Shown piece after piece: positions 11,101 through 24,734 of a stretch of DNA of 64,000 nt (positions are counted from its first letter, which is position 1; every line of letters begins with the position of its first letter). Source of the stretch: Mobula birostris (lineage: Eukaryota); contig NC_092376.1 of NCBI RefSeq assembly GCF_030028105.1, positions 53,306,935-53,370,934 on the forward strand. Direction: 5' to 3'. Both the position numbers and the translations under genes were made by a program. The notes under the pieces are model-generated. The model was not told where the DNA came from. It did no database searches and was given only the letters and a program-made list of their open reading frames with translations.

Positions 11101-13883
11101 CCATCCTGGGGATCCAAGAACACGGTCATGTACACCCTGACGAAGAGATAAGGTTCACAGAGGTAGAGGGGATGCACCTCATCACCTCGTCCGCAGGGAG
11201 AGAGCCGATGACGATGTCAGCACAAGGTGGAGTAGGGCTGATGTTGAACAGCAAGGCGAAGAAGGCACCGAGGGGTGTAGTCTCAGTTAGTGACAGAATC
11301 CTTACTGCAGAATTCGACGGAAACCCAGCGACCTCTGTCATCATCTGTTACTCCCCGCACAACTGCAGCGAGGAGAAGGAAGTGGAGGCCTTCTACAGTA
11401 AACTTCACGAAGCTGTCACTTCAATACTGGCACATAACTTCCTGGCCTTGCTCGGCAATCTTAATGCCCAGGTCAGACTAGAAGATGTTCCATACTCATA
11501 CCAAGACTTTACCAACAGAAATGGACAATATCTAGTTGATTTTATCCAGGAACACAGTCTCATTGCCGCCAACACACAATTCAAGTAGCGAGCTGGTAAA
11601 CTGTGGACATATGAAAACAGAACCTCCATCTACAGGAAACAGCTTGATTACATCCTCATAAGAACAAAATGGCGTAATTGTGTGATCGACACAGAAACCT
11701 ACAGCACCTTCAACTCAATCAGTTCTGACCACAGAGTAGTGTCAATGCAAGTGAGACTGAGCCTGCAGCAACCCAAAGCCACAGGTCCGAAGGAGAAGAT
11801 AGACTGGAAGGAATTCTCCTACAACCTATTCTTCAAGCCCAGTACACAGTGGAAGTGAGAAATCGCTTCGGCCCACTGGAAAGGGGGGAGGCAGGGAGGC
11901 TATCAACGGCTCATAGACGTGCACACAGATGCAACAAAGGGTTTGCCTTCTGTGAAGCGAACCAAGAAGAGTCGGATCTCAAAACATCCTGACGTCATCG
12001 CAGCAAGAAGTGTGGTCAATGCTTGTCATGCCGAACTTTGAAGGAGTGAAACAGAAGAGCTAAGAGACAAGTTCAAGACAGCAAAGAAGAATCTCTTTGC
12101 CACCTATGACCGACTGAAGAAAGAAGAACTAGCTGAGAGGATTAGAGAGATAGAAGCTGCTAATGAAGACATGCAGCATGGAGAAGCATGGCGCCTAGTC
12201 AATGAGATCCATAGACGGAAGTCTCCATCAGGTAAAATAAGTGGTAAAACAGCACAGGGCCGTGTCCTGACATGGTTTACCCACTTTAAGAACCTGCTGG
12301 GAAGCCCTCCAATGATCACAGAAGAAGAGGCGGACATACCCACTATACTAATGCAAGTCAACATCGATGACAGCCCATTCACCATTGAGGAACTGAAGAA
12401 GGCCAAATATGCACTCAAACGGGCTGGACCAGATGGGATACCACCAGATTTCCTGAAGAACTGCAACCTGGACGACATCTTGCTGGACATATGTAATACG
12501 GCACTGATGAAAGGCGACAAACTCTCAAACATTATCCCAGTCCCCAAGCCTGGATCCCTCACAAAGACAGATAACTACTGTGATATCAGCTTGACCTGCA
12601 TCTTAGCAAAGTTATACAATCGAATGATCTTGAACAGGATTCGCACTGCCATTGACCTTAAGCTAAGATTCAATCAGAATGGTTTTCCACAGAAGCGCAC
12701 AACAGCAATGCAAATACTTGCTCTCCATAGGATCATCGAGGAAGTCAAGAAGAACAACCTATCAGCCGTGATTACTTACATCGATTTTCGCAAAGCTTTT
12801 GACTCCATTCACCAAGGTAAAATGCTGAAGATCCTGAAAGCTTACAGAGTGCCAGACCATCTACTGAGAGCAATAGAGTCCAGCTATACCAAAACCATGG
12901 CGAAAGTTGTATCACCAGATGGAGAAACAGCAGTGTTTGAGCTCCTAGCTGGTGTGCTGCAAGGAGACACTCTGGCACCCTGAATCTTTATGATCGTCCT
13001 TGATTACGCTCTGTGTCAAGCTACCAAAGATCATGACAAGCTTGGTTTTACCATAAAACCAGGGTAAACCAAAAGGGTCAGACCAGTTACGCTCACAGAT
13101 CTCAATTTTGCAGACAACATAGTCCTGCTCTCTGACCAGATGGAGGATGCACAGCAGCTACTGACAAAAGTGGGAACTGAGTGCAATAAAGTTGGACTTC
13201 ACCTAAACACTAAAAAGACAGAGTACATGGCGTTTAACTGTGACGAAGGTACTCTCAAGACCATAGAGAATGATACCATTAAGAAAGACTTTGACTACAA
13301 GTACCTCAGGTCAAGAATGATGAGTTCAGAGAAGGACATAAAGATATGGAAGGCGCTGGTGTGAAAGGCTATGAACGACATGAAGAAAATCTGGAAGTCG
13401 AACCTGACCAGAGGGCTTAAAAAGAGGATTTTCATAGCAGTCATGGAGTCCATTCTCACGTATGGATGCGAGACGTGGACACTCACCAAGACGATGCTAA
13501 AGTCTCTAGATGGTTGCTATACATGAATGCTCCGGATGGCTCTTGACGTGAGTTGTCAACAGCACATGACGAACGTCAAGCTCTATAACAACCTACCGAT
13601 GCTCACCACTAAAATCGAGGCGAGAAGACTGCAACTAGTGGGGCACTTCTATGCCACCCTGAGCTACCTGCCAGCCTAGTCATCATATGGGAGCCCAAGC
13701 ACGGGAGAATGAACCCTGGGCGCCCTCCCAAGACAACGGTCAACACGCTCCTAGAAGACAGCGGTGCGGCTAATGTAGATGAACTGAACACACTGATGAG
13801 GGAGAGGGAGAAGTGGAGAGTTCGTCATCGTGCCTGATGCCGGCTCCCTAGGCCTGAGTCGATGTTGTAGTAGTAGTAGTAGT
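11101..13883 (+). mobile_element. RTE/RTE-X non-LTR retrotransposon, near full length, inactivated
   Basis: APE (GGVGLML...DRILTAEF...CYSPHN) and RT (IDFRKAFDSI, GVLQGDTLAP); (TAG)n tail; TSD attagt; splits a CR1 3' end. Confidence 0.85.
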
Positions 13884-15076
13884 GATTAGTAAGGACATCA
13901 AAAGTTACAAGAAGACAGGAGAATGGGGTTGAGTGGATGTTCCATCTGTCAGTAACACAGGGCTTCTGTGTCCTTCCAATGCATGGACTTAAACTTCCCA
14001 ATGCCATTCTCAACTCTCCATCTCTATGCTTATCCCACGAACAACACCTATTGCACCTTTTACAAGAATGTTTATTTTTTTACTTTTATGTAGAGATAGA
14101 GCGTGGAACAGGCCATTCTAGTCCAATGAGCCACACCACCCAGCAACCCACCTATTTAGCAATAGCCCACTCACAGGACAATTTACAATGACCAGTTAAC
14201 CTACATTTTTAAAGTACATCTTTGCACAGTGGGAGGAAACCAGGTTACCCAGAGGAACTACACATAGTCATGGGAGAACAGACAAACTACGTCATACAGT
14301 GCCAGAATTGAACTCTGAACTCTGGAATGCTCCAAGCAATAATAGCATCGCGCTAATCGCTAGGCTACTGTGGCATGCTGCCAGGACTAGAGGACTTAAG
14401 TTATTGGGAGAGGCTGAACAGTTGGTTTGTAGGAGAACAAGTGGCAACCTTAAAGAAGTGCACATACAATAATTATAAAAGTAAGATAAAGTGAATCCTA
14501 ACGAGTTTTTCCCCTGGATTAGAGATTCCAACACTAGTGTAGATAAGTTTAGGGTGAGAGGAAAATGAACTAAAATGGATCTGAGGGTCAATTTTTTCAT
14601 GAAGAGTGTGATCAGTATATGGAATGAGCTGCCAGAAAAAGTGACTGAGGCAGATGCAATAATATAATTTAAGCAGCACAGAGATAGGCACATGGAGGGA
14701 CGGGAAATGGAGAGATATGGGCTAAACAGTAGAAATTGGGACTAGGTGCATGGTCACCCAGGTCCTCATGGACTGGATGGGCTGAAGTGTCTGTATCCCT
14801 GCTGTATTGCTCTATGTCTCTAAATCACAAGGGAAATACACCTAACTAATTCAGTTAGCTAAGCTTAATCCATCCTGTGTGGATGAGATTAGAATTATAT
14901 ACAAGGAAATAGTCCAATTTCTATCCTGCTTAAATCAAGTTTTGAAACATTTAGAATATTAACAGCAATGATGTATATCTTAGTTCATGACACTAGAAAG
15001 ATCATAAATGAACTGGAAGGGAAAATAAGATGAAAAACTATTTAATTATAATGTACTCCAGCTTTAAATTTCAAAC

Positions 15077-15215
15077 CTGAAGTGTCCTCTTCCCCTCCAA
15101 ATCTTGTTCCATTGTGACTCTGATCTGAGTGCCTTACAATAGACCCCAAACCTGCTTCTAGTTGAGTCAACAAATTTTGAAGTTTAGGGTCAAAACTCTT
15201 ACTCCATTTCTCATC
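15077..15215 (-). CDS. DYNC2H1: DYNC2H1 coding exon 3 (139 nt)
   Basis: ttttag|DEKWSKSFDPKLQNLLTQLEAGLGSIVRHSDQSHNGTRFGGEEDTS(G)|gtttga; phase 0/1. Confidence 0.95.
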
Positions 15216-15904
15216 CTAAAAAGAAAAGCAGAAATTACATTAACCATATAAACTCTGCCATCAATTTGAAGTTCAAAACAAATATCATGTCCTAGCCATT
15301 CTCTCTCCTTTGGTTTTGTATTTCAAGTTCATTACAATTTAAAATCTATGATTTTGAGGCACGAATGATTATCAGATTCTCAACAAAATATTTAACCTAG
15401 GAGCACAACTTGTTTCAACGAGATGATGATAGTAGATTTTAAGATTGTTATTACTTCAGAAAATAGGGCCGAAAGTCAATATCCAAATAATTAGACTAGA
15501 TTAGATTAATATCATCCTAGTATCAAAAGGTAGCTTTCAGCTGATAACTGACACAACAGGGAAAATCTAAATTAAAAGCAAGCTTAACCTGCAACATAAA
15601 TAAGTTTAAATTACTTCAAAAACATGAATGCAATCAGTGTGATGCTGAATAATTAGCCATGCAATTTTCATATAAATATTAGGAGGGATTTAAATATTAC
15701 ACAACGTGGCAAAATTTCAGGTAATTTTGTAATATTCACAACAGCAGGACAATAGCAGATGATAAGATCCAGGAAAAATAGTAACATCTGGTTTAAATTT
15801 AACTATTATGTTCTGATTACTGAAGTGACCTTCAAACATTCTTCCTTTCTAAAAAAAAAGCAATCTATTTTTCTTCCTATAAATTATATGCTTTTAATTA
15901 AGTG

Positions 15905-16741
15905 CAATGGATTTTAATTAATTAGGGCACATCGGGACCAATTTTGGCCCAATTAAGCAGCTGCACAATTAGCCAAAGATTCATGGAAATAATGAAAAAG
16001 GCAAATAAAGAAAGACAAACTACCGTTTAAATGAGTAACAAATTGAGCATTTAAATAAAATACAAAATAAATCAGAAAACTACCAAAACTACTGTAGTAC
16101 TATAAAGCAGTGTATTAGTTCCTAATAGTTATCGAAGGAGAAATTCATCCAGTGTACACTGATGTGTTCTTTTGATTGACTGTAAATGACAATCAATGCA
16201 GACACCTAGTGCAGATAGCAGACTGCCTTCAAGCAGTGCTTTCAACGATGCATCCTCCAAATCTTTGTTATCACTGTAACATTCCAGATGATTGTTGAAG
16301 CTTTCAAATTCTTTGTAGTTCCTAACTCGTTGAAGTAGTAAAATCGTTTCATTTTCACTCCCAGCCATTTCTGGCATCTCCAAGCCTGAATGCTTAAAAC
16401 CACGTGAGCAAAACAGTTCTGAATTGTCTTATTTTTTTATTACTTGTCAACTATCAGTGACAATAAAACACTGTTCTTTGAATACAAACATGTAAGTTAT
16501 ACTACTTAAAAACTATTCCCTTTAAACATGGTGTATTGTCTAACCACCACACGATATGCACACAACTGATGCTAGTTAGATAATATTCAGCAACAGTCTC
16601 CTGTCCCAATTAAGAAGCATAATGTCCCAAATAAACAAAGGGAAACTGGCTATTTTCCTGATTTGCTTTTGCTCTTTAAGAGTTGTCCCAAATAAGCAGC
16701 TGACTTAAGTAACTGATAGCCCAATTATCCCGAATCCACTG
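15905..16741 (-). mobile_element. Non-autonomous Tigger derivative (same family) in a DYNC2H1 intron
   Basis: ORF 16129-16383 EMAGSENET...NNHLECY...LQSIKR...LDEFL matches the Tigger C-terminus; TIR ...cgaatccactg+TA. Confidence 0.85.
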
Positions 16742-16881
16742 TAATTGCGAAGTACATTTAATCGGGCACAGATAGACATAAAACTACAACAGCATAAACT
16801 TTCATAAAATATTTATCTTCTGAAAGTAAGGAACAGATAACAGATCAGTAAAGTTGTTTTTTGAAATGTTCACAAACTCAC

Positions 16882-17052
16882 CTTCAATAGCACTGGTGCA
16901 AATATTTGCCGTATTGCTTGATAAAAAGCACTTATGGGTGAACCCAGCATTGATGACACAAGTATATTTGTGTGCAAATTTTCTTCAGTAATAACATCTG
17001 GACGTATCTTAAAAAATACCAAAATTTTGTCCTTGATATCCCTCGATTGAAC
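16882..17052 (-). CDS. DYNC2H1: DYNC2H1 coding exon 2 (171 nt)
   Basis: ag|VQSRDIKDKILVFFKIRPDVITEENLHTNILVSSMLGSPISAFYQAIRQIFAPVLLK|gtgag; phase 0/0. Confidence 0.96.
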
Positions 17053-17929
17053 CTATCATTGAAAAAAACAAAATTCCAGAGTGACTACAAACCACCTGCA
17101 GCAATATTACCTTTTGAAACAGCTAATGAAACTTTATTTTGTTCTCACAATATGACCCTTTAAATCTTTCCATTTCTAGACCTACAAAAAAGGTTTACTG
17201 TCACTTATCACATAATAACAGGAATTCTAATTCTTATGTCCCTCGCCATCTTCCCTACAAAAGAAATAATATCTGTTCAGATAGCATTTTCAATTTAATA
17301 ATTGCCACTGGTAAGATGGTAGTGCACTCAGCCAACGGCCTAGCTGGGTCCAAATAAAGGCGTAATTGTTCTTTTACCTTTTTATGATCACAAGCCACTG
17401 CTGGATATTAAGAACATCAAAAACTGCAGATCTAACCCACTAGTGAGTTGCTCGATAATGGAGGAGCTGGAGTTGGTGCAGAGTGTGTTGCTGTCTGCTA
17501 CAAAAGGCGTCAGAGTTGGTGCGCGGAGACAGAGTGCAGTCTAAGAAAAACAGTGCAAGTGATTTTCTTGCGATCCTGCTGGATGCTGTTTCACAGGTGA
17601 GACAGATGGCGAGTTGTAGTGTAGACTAGACTCTCATGCTGCGGGGTTTCCTGTTGCAAATGCACAGGAGAGGAGATACTGGAGGCCATGTGGCGCACCT
17701 TCAATGCTGAGTTGGAGACTGGCCCCTCCCATCTGTGCTGCCCTGCACTGGTCGCTCGGTGGAAGACAAGCTGGAATGCACTGGTCTACATATTTCTGTG
17801 GGCTTGTTATTGCCGACAACAGCCATGCACCATGAATCTACAGGACTTGACACTCAGGGACTTGGGCTAGTTTTTTTGTATGACTGCATGGTTATTGCTA
17901 TCTATTATGTACTATCATAGTGGGCAACA

Positions 17930-19020
17930 GTAACCTGCCTTAACATCTACCGTCCAGTGGCACTGATATCAACAATAATGAAATGCTTTGAATAGCTGGT
18001 TATGGATCGCATTAAATTCCATCTTCCTGTTACACTAGACCATTTTCAATTTGCTTATCACTCAAATCAGTCCACTGACAATACCCCAGCCTCTGCCCTT
18101 CACTGTGTCCTGTCCCTCCTGGAAGATGGCATCACATACCCCAAGATGCTGTTTATCAACCTCAGATGAACATTTAATACAATCATCCCTCAGTCCCCAT
18201 CCTTGGGGGGTCTCAACAATCCGCTCTGTAATTGAACCGTGGATTTCTTGACAGAAAAACCACAGTCAGTTCATTGTGGCAGCAACATTTCTCGGTCCGC
18301 CACCCTGAGGCTGCGTGCTCAACCCACTGCTGTTCATGTGTCTGACGCATAACTGCACTGCTAGTTCCAGCTCAAATCGAATTATCAAGTTCGCTGACAA
18401 CACAAAAGCGGTGGGTTTCAGCAACGATGACAACAAGATAGCATAGAAAGAAAGAAGGGCTGCTTGTTGAATGGTGCAAGCACAACAGCTCAAGTCTCAA
18501 CGTGTACAGACCTAGAGAGCTGATTGTTGACTTTAGTATATAAACTGCTCATACATGAAGGGTTAGGAGCAACGATCTTCTGGGAGTGTACATGACAGAC
18601 GATCTCACCTGGTCCCCCAAAATCACTTCTTGAGTCAAGAAAACACAGCAGTGCTCTCCACTTCCTGAGGAGATTAGCAGAAGTGAGGCTCTCCACCTTC
18701 CCCCCACCATCACCCTAACCAATTTTTGCACAAGCACCATTGAGTCTACCCACCTGCTACAGGATTTGCAAGGCATCAGACCTCAAGACCCTGCAAAGGA
18801 TTGCGAGGACTGCTGAGAGGATCATTGGGTTTCTCTTCCACGTATCTGAGATATTTATCGGGATCATGCATACACAGGGCCCTTAGGACTGTCAAGGATC
18901 CTTCCATCCATCCCACAAATTTCTTTGACCCCTATCATCAGGCAGGAGGTACCAGAGCACTAGAATAAGAACTGTTAGGATGGGAAACATCTTCTTCCCC
19001 CAAACCATGAACCAATTGAA
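17930..19020 (+). mobile_element. Rex1/Babar-like LINE RT fragment
   Basis: YRPVALISTIMKCFE, PQGCVLNPLLF, IIKFADNT motifs with frameshifts. Confidence 0.75.
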
Positions 19021-22019
19021 CTCCCTGCCACCACCTATGTCTCATCACATGTAAAGCGTCAGCAGAGTTATACTGTCTATTTTTTAACTTGGGTCATAAA
19101 TACATCTTATGCTAACTGACAGTCCTCTGGACTATAAGTTCTTATTTGTTAATTTATTTGTGGTAATATTACTTTACCCTCTGTGAGTTATATGTACCAT
19201 GTTTTGCACCTTGGTCCAGAGCAACATTGTTTCATTTGGAAGTATACATAAATCATAAAACAGTACAGGTAAAAAGCATGTATAGGGTTGAACGATAACA
19301 AACTTGAACTTGAACCTGAGAATATTACAGTGATAATTTAGCAATGGTTGAGGAGGAAAGCTGCAAGGATTTTCCTTTGCAAGCAGTGTGGAGATTACTC
19401 TGTAGCTACTGCAATCAGGCATTTCCTTGAGTGTGACTCAGCAACTCCTTATTTATATTATTTTAGTCTTCTAATCCCAAAGCATTGGAAGCAACAAGAG
19501 AAAAGGAACAACTGTGCAGATGCCTGAAAGAGATGCAACAGAAAATCCATAACCTAAAGAACAGTGCAGGAGATCCAAAAATTCAGCAATTACCGTGATA
19601 CATGCAGGTTCTGTTGCACTACTATGATAAGAAGGTGCAAATATCTAAAGGCTCACAGAAAAGCCAGCAATGGTGGAAACAGCAGAGAAGCCACCAGCAC
19701 CATGCTGAAATACAGCTTTTCATTGTTAGCAATGATTTGTCTGGGTTGAGGTGACAAAACGAGTCTCATGGTGTCATACTAGTGAAGAGTAGTAAAAAAA
19801 AAATAGAATGAGTCAGTCAGTGGCTTTTCTTCCAAGGGGTATATTCCATTCTTTCTATTTCTCCATTTTAATTACAATTATTCTGACAACATCATCTTCC
19901 ATACCAATGCCTTCAATGTCTTCCTGTTTCCTTAAAAAAAAATCCCTTCCATTATTGTTGACGAAACGCCAATCATGCCTTCCACGCTTCCTGCGTATGT
20001 ATTCTTTCTCTCACTCTCTATAATGACTGGATTGGGTTCCCCTTGTCCTCATTTTCCACTCCGCCTGCTACCACATTTGACTAACACATTGTCATTTCAA
20101 CTCATCCAATGTAATGACACCACATTTCCTTTCTTCTTACCTTTTAGTATTCTGCAGTCTCTGGGACTGTACAGATTGCATCTCTATCCAGAATGACTTC
20201 CTTTCTCAGTAGACCTACATTTTTACTTCTTCCTGTCCTTTGCCCAGGATCCTAAACACACTCGTGTTTATGATGTAGCCTTTATGGGTACCATTCAACA
20301 CACCAACTCCATATAGGCACTCACAGAAATTCTATTCAGGTAATTTACAACAGAAAATTATTGAGATATAGCTGGAAACCAGAGCATCCAGGGGAAGCCC
20401 ATGTTATGTCTGGTACTACGTGTAATCTCCACATGTACATGGACAGCAAAGATCAGGGTCAAACTCAGGTTGATGGAGCTGTGCCTCTGTATAGATAAAA
20501 CAGCAATTTACTTACTCTTCTTCCAACCTGTCTAGTCTTTCTGCTGTTCTCATTGTGATCTCCTCTACAATGGACAATGAAAAGAATGTCTCCCTGTTCA
20601 TTCTGAAAGCTTGATCCAAAGATCAAGTGTCTTTTTAACTTACAGAGTACTACTCCCGCCCTGATCTTATGCTTTGGCTTCCTCCTGACTTCCAACAATG
20701 TTAGAGAAAAATACCTCATCTTCTCTGTATTTGCATTAAACTATTTCAAAATTTAACAGTTTCGGATACTGTTTCCTCTATTTAAATCTCACATTTGTAA
20801 GATTCATAATTTTCTTCATCGAGTAACTATTTTGTTTCTTCCATATAAACATCTTTCACTGAAATTTGTTCTATTTTGTATCTCTAACTTTTCCCAGTTC
20901 TGATGAAAGGTATGATGCTTGAGCATCAACTCTTTTTCATTCTTCAGAGATATTGCCTAATCAATTAAATACTTCCACCATCTTTGGTTTTTATACCACA
21001 CAGAACATTTCTATCAAATGGATCAGAACAGTTAAACATTCACCCCTCATTTGGTGGTCCAACATGTGTGCAGTAGCCATAACATAGAGTACTGCAGCAA
21101 CTCATCAAGGCTTTTTCAACAGCTTTTCCCAAATCACAACCTTTACAATGCAATTGGTCAATCTGGCCAATACAAAGAAAGCCTATTATCTTCACCTCAC
21201 ACGCTACTGTGGCTTCATAAAATCTTGCCATTTCTTCAGTGTTGCTGAGTCAAAATTCTATAATTCCCTACTTAGATGACAAGAACTGAATTAGTTCAGT
21301 GGTAACACTCACCACCACCTCAAAGAAAATCAAACACAAATAATAAATGTGTTATTGCCAGCGTCAGCAGTATTCTGAGAATAAGGCATTAAAAATTGAT
21401 GATTGCAGTATTAATAACTGCTTTTCAATAATAAATTTAATCGTCCATTATTATATTAAACCCACACATTCCTATCTTGCGTTCATCCACTGAGTACATT
21501 TTCCAGAGTTATAAAACACCACAGCCAGAAACAGGCCCTTCAACCCATCTAGTCCATGCCAAAATATTAATCTGCCTAGTTCCATTGCCTTGCACCTGGA
21601 CCATTGCCCTCTTTTCCCTCTCATTCATATATCCATTCAAATTTCTCTTAAATATTGAAATCAAACCTGAATCCACTACTTCCGCTGGCAGCTCATTCCA
21701 CACTCTCACCACCCTCTGAGTGAAGAAGACTCCCCTCAGGTTCCCCTTAAACATTTCACCTTTGTACTCTTAAAGCCTGATTTATACTTCTGTGTCAACT
21801 CGACGCCGTAAGTACTGTGTAACCACAAACCCTACACAGAGCCGACGCGGATCCCTACGCCAGAGCCTGAAGCACACCTCTCCCAAAATGTAACTGCATG
21901 TCGCAGCAATGCAGACCATAACAACCGTGATTGACCCACTTGGTAGCATCGCATTTCCTCCTACGTATTTCCAGTTGCGTATTCTCCGCCATTTCAGAAT
22001 TGAGAGAGAAGTTTGGAAA

Positions 22020-23249
22020 ATGGATCAAAGCGAGGAGAGGTTAATGGACGAAGTCCGAAAATATGTACATTTGTACGATTCCTTGTCACCATACTATAAA
22101 GACTGCCAAAAGGCATCAAATTCGTGGAATGAAATTTCCAAAAACATGGGTCTGGACATCACGGAATGCACAAAAAGATGGAAAAACTTAAGGGACAAGT
22201 ATGTCCAAGCCCAGAAAAAACTCACCAAGAAGAGCGGAGACCCAGCCGGAAAAAAAAACGGCATTTTATTTGCCGTTTTCTTGGCTGGCACCACATATTA
22301 AGCACCGGGAAACAGAGTCAAATTATGACGACAGCAAGGTAAATATAACATGTTCTTTGTATCATAAACCTTTCTGTTGTTGTGTTTAGGCTAGTTAGCA
22401 GCGAGTAGTACTGTCTAGTTGTAAACACGGCATATTGATTTGCGCATAGATAATTCTTCCGTGAAAGAGAAATGTAATATGTAATAGGCTTTAATTGTAT
22501 CTGGCTTGCTCATAAAGCAAACACAATAACCAGTATTCTGCCAATGTAGGCATATGCCATTTTCTCGTTTTCATAGCTCTGCCAATCCGTGTACAGACAC
22601 TGAATGCATATATTACCTGCATGTATAATAACAAAGACTAACTTAAACTATTTGCAATTTCTTTCATAATCACAGGATGGAAATGATTCAACCTCAGGGT
22701 TGTCCAGCTCCTCAGTTGCTGAGGAAAACCAACCACCAGACATTCCAACTTCAAGTGCAGAATCATCATCAAGTAGTGAGCCAACTCCTCTGCCCCCCGT
22801 GCCTGCTCCTCCGACCCCCGCGCCTGCTCCTCCGACCCCCGCGCCTGCTCCTCCGCCCCCCCGCGCCTGCTTCTCTGCCCCCCGCGCGCCAGTTCCTCCG
22901 ACCCCCGCGCCTGCTCCTCCGCCCCCCGCGCCTGCTCCTCTAACCCCGCGCCTGCTCCTCTGACCCCGCGCCTGCTCCTCTGCCCCCCGCGCCTGCTCCT
23001 CTGCCCCCCAACCCAAGGATAGCACAGAGGAAGAGGAAAGGACATGATGACTGGTTTCAGCAGCAGTTCGCCCAGTTGGATGAACGTAGGGTGGGACCAG
23101 AACAAAGACTGCTGAACGAAAATGATGAGGTCTCCAGGTTTGTGCAAGCACTTGCTGACATGCTGCGGAGGCTGCCGAAGGAGCACAGGGCACAGACAAT
23201 GTTCGATGTCTACAAAATGGTATTTGAGAGGCAGCAGCAGAAACAATAA
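22020..23249 (+). pseudogene. Harbinger MADF/Myb DNA-binding gene (exons 22020-22338 and 22676-23249), frameshifted
   Basis: LMDEVRKYVHLYD...WNEIS...CTKRWKNLRDKY; gt/ag intron; frameshifts in the A-run near 22250 and in the Pro-rich minisatellite. Confidence 0.85.
22790..23010 (+). repeat. GC-rich ~21-bp minisatellite (CCTGCTCCTCCGACCCCCGCG)n
   Basis: About 10 imperfect tandem units within Harbinger MADF exon 2. Confidence 0.9.
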
Positions 23250-23419
23250 ACAATTGCATAATCTATTACGTTATTTGTTTTCATGTAACACTTTGCACCT
23301 TGCATAATGTTGTGCACAGTACTGCAAATAAATAACTATTTGACTTTATAACAGGTCTTTTTTTTTATTCGAACAGCTACATTTTATTTATATGTTCATT
23401 TATTTTATGTCCTTACAAT

Positions 23420-24734
23420 TTACTGATTAAGTTGGCCATGACACACTACTTTGTTCTGCCATGGCAAAGATCCATGTGGTGATTGAAAGAAGGCCGTCAG
23501 GTCATTCCATACACCAAGAGCAGCTCTGGCGGAGCGGCGCCTTGAAAGGTAATGAGGATCTACAGGTGCCAAAAGATTCGCGTTCCCTGCTACCACTCTT
23601 CGCCACTCGCCTGGCTGAGGTGACCTTGCCACCAAAATGCCAAATGTGTTCTCAATCACCCACTTAGCTCCAGAGTGACAGTAGTTATACATCTTCTTTT
23701 CCATGGTCATATTCATCCCTATGTAGCAAAACATAAAAGATAAAACACAGTATTAATAAATATCAAATTATTATGTGCCAACGTAGCTGTGATCGCTACA
23801 AACAGTTAAGGATATGTATGTGTATATGTGTGTGTGTGTGTGTATATAAAATCACACAAAGCAAGTAGTATTACTAAAAATGAAATGAAATTAATTTTCA
23901 TGGAATTAAATATCTCTGACATACCTGGAAATGGTCGCATGAGATTGTTGTGTAGGGGGAAAGCAGCATCACCAACGATTACATGCGGGATTTTGACTCC
24001 TGTCCCTGGAAGATTGGCTGGTGGGGGCAGGTTCAGTTTGTGTTCAAGCAGCAAAGAACCAAATCTGCTCTCCCTGAAAATGCCCCCGTCACTTTCACGT
24101 CCGTATCCCCCTACATCCACCATGGTAAACCGATATCTGGTGTCGCAGACAGCCATCAGGACAATGAAGTGTGCACCCTTGTAGTTGTAGTAGTCACTCC
24201 CGGCGTGCGGCAGTGCCTTGATGTTCACATGTTTTCCGTCAAGACTGCTGACACAGTTCAAAAAGTTCCATAGTCGCCAAAAATCAGCTGCAATAGCTTC
24301 CCATTGGGCGACTGAAGGGCAGGGAAGGAACTCTGGCTGCAATGCTTTCCATAAAGCTGTACAGTCCTCCGAAATTATGGAGGACTTGCACCTGAAGCTA
24401 GAACTCAGAGGGTGATTGCCAGTCTCTGAGTAATGTCTATAGGCATACTGTGCGTACACTGATGTGAAATAAATGGTTGGAGACGATGAACCAAATTGTC
24501 AAACCTACCTACTGACATCTGAAAATATTTAAAATGCGTTTCCTCATCCATGTCTCTCAGTGAGTGGACAAGCACAGCAAATTCACCCTCCTTCTGTCTC
24601 AATCTGTTCAATGGTTGAACACACCATCTCCTCCGACGTCTTCTCCCTTTTCTGCGTTGCTGTAATTTCAATAAAAGTAACTCTTGTTTGACACTTATAA
24701 GCTCCAACTCCAACACAATGCGCTCAGTCGCCAT
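23420..24734 (-). pseudogene. Harbinger (HARBI1/DDE_Tnp_4-type) nuclease, disrupted
   Basis: [47 protein letters not shown]; stop at 24405, deletions, intron after MRPFP. Confidence 0.9.

Noticed and set aside
22790-23010. Regular short repeats as a CRISPR-like array
   Set aside because: No unique spacers; contiguous VNTR in a eukaryotic transposon
22638-23259. Two ~200-aa minus-strand Gly/Ala/Glu-rich ORFs
   Set aside because: Antisense read-through of the GC-rich minisatellite in the Harbinger MADF gene
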